Part shown: in pieces, positions 27,912 to 36,767 of the stretch
Layout: the number at the start of each line of letters is the position of its first letter
Position numbering within the stretch: the stretch's first letter is position 1
NCBI GenBank assembly: GCA_030699905.1
Contig: JAUYKQ010000010.1
Coordinates: 2,554-66,553, forward strand
DNA length: 64,000 bases
Direction: 5' to 3'
Source: a bacterium
Lineage (GTDB): Bacteria; Patescibacteriota; Minisyncoccia; Phycocordibacterales; GCA-002787175
Program-made: the position numbers and the translations under genes
Notes under the pieces: generated by a model
Databases searched by the model: none
Seen by the model: the letters and a program-made list of their open reading frames with translations, nothing else
What the model was told of the DNA's origin: nothing

Positions 27912-28301
27912 CAGGGTACATCATGAAGCACGGGTTTGTTTATTGCGGTGCGGACGTACCGCGCAAATCCTATGATGCGGGGAAAAATGCGAGGGCGATG
28001 CCATAGGCATACGCTCTCAAGAATCAAAGTTGTTATGGCACGAGAAGACGTAGTGGTGCGAGATCGTCTGGCGATGGAAGTGTTTGACGACAAAAATGGC
28101 CCGAGGAATCCATTGGAGATTCCCGGAAGCAGCGAAAGAATGGCACTCCTTAAAATGTGTCCACGGGGAGTCTCGGATAAGAGATGGCCCGAGGGGGTGA
28201 GGGATGCCGGCGGTAACACAATCTGTCGGGCTGGTTGAGAAGGTGAAGTCAGTCGGATCTTTTCCTGGCGCGAAGTGGAACTTCGCGCCAGTGTTTTTTT
28301 T
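27912..28301 (+). ncRNA. Candidate structured RNA (~390 nt), GC-richer than its flanks, promoter-to-terminator bounded. Class unknown: no RNase P, tmRNA or SRP signature found. Alternatively a 5' leader for the downstream ATPase gene, or a degraded small gene.
   Basis: Bounded by the promoter (27877-27904) and a strong terminator (28265-28301). Only low-complexity non-protein-like ORFs on either strand. Confidence 0.35.
28265..28301 (+). terminator. Strong rho-independent terminator (ctggcgcgaagt / acttcgcgccag plus T8).
   Basis: 12-bp perfect stem, 3-nt loop, tgtttttttt. Confidence 0.7.
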
Positions 28302-28413
28302 ATATTCTTTAAATAGTTGTATAATATAACCAACAACCTACTGCATACCGCCAACAACAAAAGTAAAGAAAACCCCGCTTTATTTTTTGCATAGTTGTAA
28401 GTTGTTGATTGCC

Positions 28414-30246
28414 ATGGAGGACTCCAACAAAATCACATACTTGGCCCAAACCGATTCCAGAAATCGTAAAGTGCCTTTCGGCATAAAAGCTCGCGACCGT
28501 TCGAGACATGTTTACGTTATCGGCAAAACAGGAATGGGAAAGTCCACTCTTCTTGAAAACATGGCCGTCCAGGATATGAGAGAAGGCAACGGCATGGCCT
28601 TCATAGACCCGCACGGCAAAACGGCCGAGCTTTTGCTTGATTACGTTCCGGAACACAGAATAAAAGACGTTTTGTATTTCGCCCCTTTTGACATGGAGTA
28701 TCCTATATCTTTCAATATTCTGGAAGACGTTGGCCCGGACAGACGCCACTTGGTGGCCAACGGTCTTATGAGTACTTTTGAAAAAATTTGGGTGGACGCT
28801 TGGAGCGCCCGCATGTCATATATTTTAAACAACACCATTCTCGCCCTTTTGGAATTTCCGGATGCCACGCTCCTCGGCGTAAACCGCATGTTTGCCGACA
28901 AAGAGTACAGAAAAAGAGTGGTGGACAATATAACAGACCCGTCCATCAGATCATTCTGGGTGGACGAATACGCCAAGTACACTGACCGTTACACTCAAGA
29001 GGCCACTCCGGCAATACAAAACAAAGTCGGCCAGTTTACCTCAAACCCGCTTATACGAAACATCATAGGCCAGCCACGGTCATCTTTTGACTTGCGTAAA
29101 ATAATGGACGAAAAGAAAATCGTAATCGTCAATCTCTCAAAAGGGCTCGTGGGAGAGGGGAACGCGAACTTGCTTGGCTCCATGCTTATAACCAAAATGT
29201 ACCTATCGGCCATGAGTCGCGCCGACACCCATGAAGTTGAGTCGCGCCTTCCGAATTTCTACCTTTACGTTGATGAATTTCAGTCCTTTGCCAACAAATC
29301 GTTCGCCGACATTTTAAGCGAAGCCAGAAAGTATAAACTGAATCTGACCATCGCTCATCAATATATAGAGCAAATGGAGGAAGAAGTTCGAGCCGCCGTA
29401 TTCGGCAATGTCGGCACCACGGTCGCTTTTCGTGTAGGAGCTTTTGATGCCGAGGTTTTGGAAAAAGAGTTCGCCCCGCAGTTTACGGCGGAGGATTTGG
29501 TAAATCTCGGGTTTGTCCAAATTTATTTAAAGCTCATGATAGACGGTATTTCGTCTCCGCCTTTTTCGGCGACTACTTTGCCTCCCATTGAAAAACCCCT
29601 TGTCTCTTATAAAGACCGAGTCATCGCCTCTTCGCGGGAAGTTTTCGGCCAGCCCCGTTTCAAAGTGGAGGAAAACATATGGGCTTGGCATTCTGAATTT
29701 AAATACGAAAACAATCGTTCGGATCCCAGAGATAATCGTTCGGATCTAAGAGAGAAACCGAAAAACACCAAGCCGGATATCGGCAACAGGCCGAACGTTC
29801 ACATGGAAAGGCAGAATGCTCCATATCGTGGCAACTCTTCGGAAGACAGGAGAAACCCGACAAAAAACAGAAACGAAATACCCATAAACAAAACGAATGT
29901 TTTTACAGGAAACGGAAACGCTGTTTCCGGTGGCCCCAAAAGTCCCTCTTTGCATCTTTCTAATCTTCAAGCGCCAAGAAAAGTTGACGTTGAGCAGAAA
30001 AAAGCGCCGACCGGACAGCACCTTTCTGAACTTAGAGCCGCTTTAGCGTCAGTTCTTGAATCGGAAAACAACAAAAATAACACTGCCGGCGCTCTGAAAG
30101 AGAGCCAATTTAAGAGGCCGGAACCCAGACCGGTAAATCCGCAAAGGCCTGAAGAAAAAAAAGAACCCAAAGCTCCGTCCTCCTTGGCAGGGCAGGAGGT
30201 GCCGGAAAATATTTTGAGGGAAACTTTGCGGGTGGAAGGGGAGTGA
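28414..30246 (+). CDS. P-loop ATPase of the TraD/TraG/VirD4 coupling-protein / DUF87 family, with a ~200-aa disordered, charged C-terminal tail.
   Basis: Walker A VIGKTGMGKST, Walker B LYVDEFQ, conserved TrwB-like blocks. Tail rich in R/N/P/E/K. Confidence 0.6.
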   Translation: MEDSNKITYLAQTDSRNRKVPFGIKARDRSRHVYVIGKTGMGKSTLLENMAVQDMREGNGMAFIDPHGKTAELLLDYVPEHRIKDVLYFAPFDMEYPISFNILEDVGPDRRHLVANGLMSTFEKIWVDAWSARMSYILNNTILALLEFPDATLLGVNRMFADKEYRKRVVDNITDPSIRSFWVDEYAKYTDRYTQEATPAIQNKVGQFTSNPLIRNIIGQPRSSFDLRKIMDEKKIVIVNLSKGLVGEGNANLLGSMLITKMYLSAMSRADTHEVESRLPNFYLYVDEFQSFANKSFADILSEARKYKLNLTIAHQYIEQMEEEVRAAVFGNVGTTVAFRVGAFDAEVLEKEFAPQFTAEDLVNLGFVQIYLKLMIDGISSPPFSATTLPPIEKPLVSYKDRVIASSREVFGQPRFKVEENIWAWHSEFKYENNRSDPRDNRSDLREKPKNTKPDIGNRPNVHMERQNAPYRGNSSEDRRNPTKNRNEIPINKTNVFTGNGNAVSGGPKSPSLHLSNLQAPRKVDVEQKKAPTGQHLSELRAALASVLESENNKNNTAGALKESQFKRPEPRPVNPQRPEEKKEPKAPSSLAGQEVPENILRETLRVEGE

Positions 30247-30278
30247 TTTTAACCGAACCGCGGACACGCGTCTGAGAA

Positions 30279-31844
30279 ATGTCATTAAATTTTAAAAAAG
30301 CGGTACTCTTTTTTTCGGTTTCATTTTTTTTGACTTTTCCGGCTTTTGCTGAAGTTGTTCAATTCAAATTTGTTTCCGAACCTCAAAACGTGCCAGCCGG
30401 AGAGGTTTCAAAACAAATAACCATTCAGGCGCAGAATTCCTCGGGTGACAGCGAGGGTATAAGCCAGACGGCCTGCGTTTACCTGTCCACGTCGTCACTT
30501 TCAGGGCAGTTTTCTTCCAGTCAGGCAGATTGGGTTTCTACCAATGTTCTTACCGTAAATAAAACATGGGCCAACCGAAATTTTTATTACAAGGACACAT
30601 CTTCCGGTTCCCATGAAATAAAGGCGGTCATAGCTTTTAGGCCGGAAAGCGAAAGCCGCTCTTGCGTCGGGTGGCCTGTGGAGGAATGGGGCGTAAATTA
30701 CCGGATATCGCAGACGATTCTCATCGGGGAAGTCACCGGGGAAGCGGGGGTTGAAAATTTCGTTTCAAGCGCGCCGGAGGGGACTGCTACCGAGAACGAA
30801 AAAAGCGGCGTTTTATCAACACCCTCTGTCTCTCGCGTCAGAGCTTTTATAGATGCGCCGGAAGTGGGAACAGCTCGAGGTTCGGTTTTCTTTGATGGTA
30901 AAGCGTTTGATGAAAAAAACGAGCTTTTAAAAACAGCCGATTACTATTGGAGTTTTGGAGACGGCGCGACCGCTATGGGGGAGAATGTTTCGCATATATA
31001 CCGAGAACCCGGCAAATATGCCGTTTCCTTAAGGGTTGAGAAGGATGGAGAAAGTTCTCTTGCCCGCGCCACTGTGAAAGTGGTAGCGGGGAACTTTCAT
31101 ATCTCTCAAATCAAAGAGGGTCCGAATGGATATATAGAGATAAGAAATGATAATACCCATGAACTGGACATGTCTTTGTGGAGGATTGAAAACGGTGGCA
31201 GATTTTTTTCTTTTCCACGAAATACCGTTATTCTTGGAAGTACCGCGGTTTCTTTTCCGGCTTCAGTTACGCAAATTGTCGCCAGTTCTTTTTCTTCAGC
31301 GCCTCGTCTTCTTTTTCCGGACGGCAAAGTGGCCGCCGAGTACTCGTTTGAAAGTAAAAAAGAGACAGAAGATGTTTTAAAGAACCAACCGACTGAAAAA
31401 GACAGCTCACCGGCAGTCACAAGCTCTGTTCAAGACGGCCAAGACGAAGATGCGTCTGTTGTTCCGGAGACCTTTTTCGCAGGGACGGAAGATAATCCGC
31501 CCAAGGAAGACGCTCGGAATGAAAAACTCGCGGTTAACGAGAACGACAGGGAAGAGGGATTAGTAGAGACAGACCGGAGCGAATCTGAAGAATTAAAGCA
31601 GGTGCATAACTTGGCCTCAGTTTCATCCGCGTACGGCGACGAAAGGAAAGATAGTCGCCTGCCGGCCAAATGGCTTTGGGGCGCGTTTCTATTTTCTGTC
31701 TTGGGAATTGTCGCCTCCGCTTCAGTCGGTCGTTTGGCCACTTTGTCGCAAAGAAGCACGATTTTGGAAGATGAAGAAAGCTTTCCGGTTTCGGACAACA
31801 AGCAATCGGATTTAAACGCGGATGACTTTACTGTTATAAGGTAA
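30279..31844 (+). CDS. Secreted/surface protein: signal peptide, PKD domain, lamin-tail (LTD) domain, acidic linker, C-terminal TM anchor.
   Basis: PKD motif YYWSFGDGATAMGENVSHIYREPGKYAVSLRV. LTD-like ISQIKEGPNGYIEIRNDNTHELDMSLWRIENGG. C-terminal WLWGAFLFSVLGIVASASVG. Confidence 0.6.
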   Translation: MSLNFKKAVLFFSVSFFLTFPAFAEVVQFKFVSEPQNVPAGEVSKQITIQAQNSSGDSEGISQTACVYLSTSSLSGQFSSSQADWVSTNVLTVNKTWANRNFYYKDTSSGSHEIKAVIAFRPESESRSCVGWPVEEWGVNYRISQTILIGEVTGEAGVENFVSSAPEGTATENEKSGVLSTPSVSRVRAFIDAPEVGTARGSVFFDGKAFDEKNELLKTADYYWSFGDGATAMGENVSHIYREPGKYAVSLRVEKDGESSLARATVKVVAGNFHISQIKEGPNGYIEIRNDNTHELDMSLWRIENGGRFFSFPRNTVILGSTAVSFPASVTQIVASSFSSAPRLLFPDGKVAAEYSFESKKETEDVLKNQPTEKDSSPAVTSSVQDGQDEDASVVPETFFAGTEDNPPKEDARNEKLAVNENDREEGLVETDRSESEELKQVHNLASVSSAYGDERKDSRLPAKWLWGAFLFSVLGIVASASVGRLATLSQRSTILEDEESFPVSDNKQSDLNADDFTVIR

Positions 31845-31865
31845 ATTGTCCGACACCTCTTCATC

Positions 31866-32876
31866 GTGTATATTGTTTGTATGAAAATCGTCATTGCCAC
31901 AGGTATTTATCCTCCGCAAATCGGCGGTCCTGCCCAATATGCCAAAAATTTGGCCCTCGCATTTGAGTCGCTCGGGCACGCTGTTTCTGTCGTTCATTAC
32001 AAGTTTGAAAACCTGCTTCCTACCGGTCTGCGTCATGTTTTCTTCTTTTTGCGTGTTTTCGGCAGAATGCTAAAAGCTGATTTTGTCGTATCACTGGACT
32101 CTTTCAGTGTTGGTTTCCCGACTGCCGTGGCCACCGGAATTTTGGGGAAAAAACATGTCATGCGCACCGGCGGAGATTTTCTGTGGGAGTCGTATGTGGA
32201 GAGAACGGGAGACACTGTTCTTTTGAAAAATTTTTACGACACAAGATTGGCCAAACTGTCTTTTAAAGAAAAAGTCATTTTCTCTTTAACGAAGTGGACT
32301 CTGAAAAAGGCCGACAAGGTGGTTTTCAGCACCGACTGGCAGAGAAGCATCTGGGCTCGGCCTTATGAGATGAACTGGCAAAATACTGCCATTATTGAAA
32401 ACTACTATGGACCGAAAGAAAAGTCGGAAAAACCGACAGTAAAGACCTTTTTGGGGGCGACACGCAAACTAAAATGGAAAAACCACGCCCGACTCAAATC
32501 GGCTTTTGCCATGGCGAAAGTGAAGGAGCGAGATATAGAGCTTGATCTTGAAAACGAGCCATACGATAAATTTATTCAAAAAATGAAGAAATGTTATGCC
32601 GTGGTACTTTTGTCTTTGGGTGACATAAGTCCGAATATGATATTGGACTCTGTACGCTTTTCCAAACCCTTTATATTGACCAGAGAAAACGGTCTTTACG
32701 ACAGGTTGAAAGACGTCGGAATGTTCGCGGATCCTGAAGATGAAAACGATATCGCGGAAAAGATAAAAGACCTATGCCAGCCGGAGGTTTATGAAGAGTA
32801 CCGAAGAAGAGTGGAGGGTTTCACTTTCGTGCACACTTACGAAGATATCGCGAAAGAATTTTTATCACTGTCATGA
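31866..32876 (+). CDS. Glycosyltransferase, GT4-like (GT-B).
   Basis: N-terminal MKIVIATGIYPPQIGGPAQYAKNLA typical of the GT4 N-domain. Confidence 0.55.
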   Translation: MYIVCMKIVIATGIYPPQIGGPAQYAKNLALAFESLGHAVSVVHYKFENLLPTGLRHVFFFLRVFGRMLKADFVVSLDSFSVGFPTAVATGILGKKHVMRTGGDFLWESYVERTGDTVLLKNFYDTRLAKLSFKEKVIFSLTKWTLKKADKVVFSTDWQRSIWARPYEMNWQNTAIIENYYGPKEKSEKPTVKTFLGATRKLKWKNHARLKSAFAMAKVKERDIELDLENEPYDKFIQKMKKCYAVVLLSLGDISPNMILDSVRFSKPFILTRENGLYDRLKDVGMFADPEDENDIAEKIKDLCQPEVYEEYRRRVEGFTFVHTYEDIAKEFLSLS

Positions 32877-34054
32877 AGGTCTTATCCATAGGAACAGACA
32901 GAAAATTATTTGAAGAAGAAAGCGACGTCCTGTCGCGAACTTTGGAGTACGCGAAACTTTTTGACGAGCTTCATGTTATCGTCTTCACGACAAAAAAATT
33001 CAAGATTCGAAATTTGAGATTTAAGAACGGAGACAGGAAGATGGCGATATCGGATAATTGTTGGATTTATCCGACCTGTTCACGGAATCGCTGGTTTTAT
33101 GTTTTTGACGCAATTGCCCTCGGTGTTCAGATCCTAAGTCATAAATCTGAAATTACAAATCAGGAAAACGGCTTTGTTGTTTCCTGTCAAGACCCTTTTG
33201 AATGCGGTCTTGCCGGCGCGCGTATTGCAAAAAAAACCGGCGCTAAACTTCACGTACAGATTCATACCGACTTTTTGAGTCCTTATTTTAAAAAAGGAGG
33301 TTTTCTAAACATGGTTCGGCTATTTTTAGCCGGCCGTGTCTTGCCTAAAGCAGACGCCATACGGGTGGTATCAAAACGCATTGCCGATTCTTTGGTCTTT
33401 AAATATAAAAATATAAAGGTGTCAAAACTTTCAATTCTGCCCATGTTTTTGGATGAGGGAAAAATAAAAAACGCTCCCGTAACCGCGGATTTACATAAAA
33501 AATATCCAAAGTTCACTTTTATCGTTCTTGTGTTGTCTCGTTTTACAAAGGAGAAAAACATACTCTTGGCCATTGACGCTTTTTCCAGAGTCGTCCTAAA
33601 ACATCCGCGCGCCGGCCTTGTCATTGTCGGTTCCGGTCCACAGATGTCGTTCCTCAAGGCGCAAGTGGCGCGAAGCAATTTATCTCAAAACGTCGTGTTT
33701 GAAGGTTGGACTTCCGACCCATACTCCTACATCAAAAGTTCTGATTTGGTTTTGCAGACGTCTTGGTACGAAGGTTACGGTCTTGCTGTCGCGGAATCTC
33801 TTCTTTGCGGTATACCGGTTGTTTCCACTTCTGTCGGGGTGGCGACGGAACTTCTCATGGATAACGCGTATTCGTTTGTTTGCGAACCCGGGGACGCAAA
33901 ATGCCTTTCAGAAAAAATGACGGCTTTTATGGAAAAAAGAACTCTTTTCGGATTTGTGGTTGAAAATGCGCGGAGGAAATTGCAAGGCGGCCTTCCCACA
34001 AAAGAAGAGTACTTGAGAAAATACAAAAATTCGGTTTTTTCAGTATTTTCTTAA
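32873..34054 (+). CDS. Glycosyltransferase family 4.
   Basis: EGYGLAVAESLLCGIPVVSTSVGVATELL (EX7E). Confidence 0.7.
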   Translation: MKVLSIGTDRKLFEEESDVLSRTLEYAKLFDELHVIVFTTKKFKIRNLRFKNGDRKMAISDNCWIYPTCSRNRWFYVFDAIALGVQILSHKSEITNQENGFVVSCQDPFECGLAGARIAKKTGAKLHVQIHTDFLSPYFKKGGFLNMVRLFLAGRVLPKADAIRVVSKRIADSLVFKYKNIKVSKLSILPMFLDEGKIKNAPVTADLHKKYPKFTFIVLVLSRFTKEKNILLAIDAFSRVVLKHPRAGLVIVGSGPQMSFLKAQVARSNLSQNVVFEGWTSDPYSYIKSSDLVLQTSWYEGYGLAVAESLLCGIPVVSTSVGVATELLMDNAYSFVCEPGDAKCLSEKMTAFMEKRTLFGFVVENARRKLQGGLPTKEEYLRKYKNSVFSVFS

Positions 34055-34218
34055 GGGACTGTTGCCGAATAGGCTTTTGAGTTGATTTTTTCAAAATTCG
34101 TGCGAGGCGAAGTTTCAAATTTATGGCTTAATGCTCTAAAGTATTGGCCAAAAATTTGAAACAAGCCGTAGCCGAATTTTGGGGAAATCAGCCAAAATGG
34201 ATATTCGGCAACAGTCCC
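34055..34218. mobile_element. MITE-like element, 164 bp, with perfect 17-bp terminal inverted repeats GGGACTGTTGCCGAATA. Inserted exactly at the TAA stop of the upstream glycosyltransferase gene, with TTAA on both flanks (possible target site duplication).
   Basis: Left TIR 34055-34071, right TIR 34202-34218 (reverse complement). The same 12-nt termini form the hairpin at 1457-1493. Confidence 0.7.
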
Positions 34219-34445
34219 CTTAAAGCATGTTTGAAAAACCTATCGCGATGCCGATTTTGCAAAATTTGAGGAAAAAATGGTGAAGATGAGGGAAGTGTAC
34301 CGAGGTGCTCTGACCGAAGATGAGTCATTTTTTACCGAATTTTGCGGAATCGGCGCGCGAAACAGTCCGCTTGCGGATTTCTTAAATATCTGTGGTAGGG
34401 TTTTCAAACATGTTCTAAATTCAGATTTTGATATAAAATGTTTCA

Positions 34446-35402
34446 ATGTCCAAAAATCTTCTTATAGGATTTATAGGCCAGGGCTACATCGGCAGAAACT
34501 ATGCAGATGATTTTGAAAGGCGGGGATACTCCGTGACGAGGTACGCCTTGGAGCCAGAATATTCCGCCAATAAAGAAAAGATAAAAGAATGCGACATCGT
34601 ATTCATTGCCGTGCCTACACCGACTGTGCCCGCCGAAGCTTTACGCAAAGGCGCGGATGTGCCCGCCGACTTGTCCGCCAAAGCTTTAGCGTCGGAGGAA
34701 GCTTCCCGTGAAGGAGGGCGACTTTCCGTGAAATTTGACGATTCAATCTTGCGCGATGTAGTTCCTCTTGTCGGCAAAGGCAAGATAGCCGTTATAAAAT
34801 CCACCATTTTGCCGGGGACTACGATGTCAATTCAGCGTGAAAATCCTGATGTCATTGTTTTGAACTCCCCTGAATTTTTAAGCGAAGCGACAGCCGATAA
34901 AGACACAGGGATGCCTTTTATGAACATTGTCGGAATGCCGGAAGACAGCCCGAGTTTCCGTTCTGCGGCCGAGAGGGCGCATTCGGTATTGCCGAAAGCT
35001 CCTTTCTCGCTGACTTGCAAAAGTATTGAAGCGGAAATAATAAAATACGCTCATAACGGATCGGGTTATACGCAGATAATTTTCTTCAATGCAATGTATG
35101 ATATTGCGCGGAAACTTGGTGCTGACTGGGAGCCGATAGAAAAGGCGATCTTGAACGACCCTTTGGTCTGTGGCCGTTACGCGAAGCCCGTCCACAAAAG
35201 CGGTCGAGGAGCGGGAGGAAATTGTTTTATAAAAGATTTCGCCGCTTTGTCAAAGTTTTATGCGGAAAATACCTCTGACTCAAAAGGCGCGGCATTTTTC
35301 CAAGCAGCCGAGAGAAAAAATATTGAGCTTTTGCGTTCCACAGGCAAAGACACAGGACTTTTGAAAGGAGTTTATGGCGAAGATGTTTCAAATAATCCCT
35401 AA
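34446..35402 (+). CDS. UDP-glucose/GDP-mannose dehydrogenase family protein. Short (318 aa, lacks the C-terminal UDP-binding domain) with an in-frame Ala/Glu/Ser-rich insertion.
   Basis: Rossmann N-terminus IGFIGQGYIG, IAVPTPT, NPEFLSEATA, GRGAGGNCFIKD. Confidence 0.6.
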   Translation: MSKNLLIGFIGQGYIGRNYADDFERRGYSVTRYALEPEYSANKEKIKECDIVFIAVPTPTVPAEALRKGADVPADLSAKALASEEASREGGRLSVKFDDSILRDVVPLVGKGKIAVIKSTILPGTTMSIQRENPDVIVLNSPEFLSEATADKDTGMPFMNIVGMPEDSPSFRSAAERAHSVLPKAPFSLTCKSIEAEIIKYAHNGSGYTQIIFFNAMYDIARKLGADWEPIEKAILNDPLVCGRYAKPVHKSGRGAGGNCFIKDFAALSKFYAENTSDSKGAAFFQAAERKNIELLRSTGKDTGLLKGVYGEDVSNNP

Positions 35403-35445
35403 AATGCAAACTTGTACTTTTGTATCCAAGATATATAATTAACCG

Positions 35446-35712
35446 ATGTCTAAATCCCTCCAAAACAAATCTTCTAAAACCGTTCAAGCGAAAGAATATA
35501 CAGGTGATGATGTCAAGCGGTTTATAAATATAATCCAGGAGGAAAACAGGGCTAATTTTAAGATGATGTGCGAGCGGTTTGATTGCATACAAAGGACTTT
35601 GGACATTCACACTAAAATGCTAATGGAGTCAATCGTCTGCATGACAAAAACATCGGGGCGATTCATCAATGTCATACGCGTATCCGTTATTGAAAAGAAA
35701 GTCGCGCAATGA
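35446..35712 (+). CDS. Small hypothetical protein.
   Basis: ORF overlapping the next gene start by 4 nt. Confidence 0.3.
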   Translation: MSKSLQNKSSKTVQAKEYTGDDVKRFINIIQEENRANFKMMCERFDCIQRTLDIHTKMLMESIVCMTKTSGRFINVIRVSVIEKKVAQ

Positions 35713-36746
35713 AACTTCTTATCGTTACGCAGAAAGTTGATAAAAAAGACCCGACACTCGGGTTTTTTCACAGTTGGATTGAAGAGTTTGCCAAACGTTG
35801 CGAGTCCGCAATTGTGATTTGCCTTGAAAAAGGCCAGTATAATCTGCCTCATAACGTGCAAGTTTTCTCTCTCGGCAAAGAACAAAAAGCTTCTCGTTTT
35901 AAAATACTTTTTACTTTTTACTTTTTACTTTTCAGCTTGCGTCATCGCTATGACGCCGTCTTTGTTCATATGAACGAGGAGTACGTTTTGCTGGCAGGCC
36001 TTTTTTGGAGATTGACGGGCAAGAAAATCTTTTTCTGGCGAAATCACCCGAGGGGTGGAATATTCACTCGTTTGTCCGTTTTTCTTTCGGACAGAGTATT
36101 TTACACTTCAAATCTGTCTTTTACCGCGGGCTTTAAAAATGCTTCCGTGATGCCCGCTGGCGTGGACACGTCCATTTTTAAGCCGTCTGAAAGTTTCCAA
36201 AGAAGAAAGCATTCTATATGCATGGTTGGTCGAGTGGCCAAGATAAAAGGTATTGACGTGGCCCTGCGCGCTTTGAAGTTTACAGCGGAAATTTATCCTG
36301 AAACGGTTTTGACTATCGTGGGCCCTACCGCTGTTGAGGATGAAAAATATCGCGCCGAACTCCAAAAATATATCCAAGAAAACAACCTTTCGGGAAACGT
36401 GGTTTTTAAAGGCGCTCTGCCACAGTCAGAACTTCCTGTAATTTACGGCGGTCATGAAATATACTTGAATCTTACTGACGACGGTTCTTTTGACAAAACA
36501 ATAGTGGAAGCGGCCGGTTGCGGTTCTTTCGTCGTTACCTCAAACTCTTTTTTGTTCGGCCATCTTCCAAAAGAATGCGCGACTGAAAAAGACCCTCAAA
36601 GCGTGGCGCGCTCTTTAACCGACGCGTTTAAACTCCAAAACAGAGAAAAAATAGCCGGAGAATTGGAGGTGTTCGCGAACAACCATTCTCTTTCAAAACT
36701 TATGGAAAAAGTTACCGCTGAGATGATTGCATTCGGCTTAAAATAA
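35709..36746 (+). CDS. Glycosyltransferase family 4.
   Basis: VGRVAKIKGIDVALRAL...EAAGCGSFVVTSN. Confidence 0.7.
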   Translation: MKLLIVTQKVDKKDPTLGFFHSWIEEFAKRCESAIVICLEKGQYNLPHNVQVFSLGKEQKASRFKILFTFYFLLFSLRHRYDAVFVHMNEEYVLLAGLFWRLTGKKIFFWRNHPRGGIFTRLSVFLSDRVFYTSNLSFTAGFKNASVMPAGVDTSIFKPSESFQRRKHSICMVGRVAKIKGIDVALRALKFTAEIYPETVLTIVGPTAVEDEKYRAELQKYIQENNLSGNVVFKGALPQSELPVIYGGHEIYLNLTDDGSFDKTIVEAAGCGSFVVTSNSFLFGHLPKECATEKDPQSVARSLTDAFKLQNREKIAGELEVFANNHSLSKLMEKVTAEMIAFGLK

Positions 36747-36767
36747 TATATATTAGAGGAAACCGAC

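Noticed and set aside
27936-28238. 100-aa ORF (MFIAVRTYRANPMMRGKMRGR...) as a protein-coding gene.
   Set aside because: It has no RBS and an arginine-rich, low-complexity composition, and it lies in a GC-rich, promoter/terminator-bounded unit. It is more consistent with a structured RNA, but this is not proven; it is kept as an ncRNA candidate at low confidence.
27912-28301. Assignment of the candidate RNA to RNase P RNA, tmRNA or SRP RNA.
   Set aside because: By eye there is no GGAAAGUCCGGGC / ACAGAACCCGGCUUA P4 pair, no GGUUCGAUUCC T-arm with CCA-ended acceptor, and only a weak resemblance (ccggaagcagc) to SRP domain IV. It needs cmscan.
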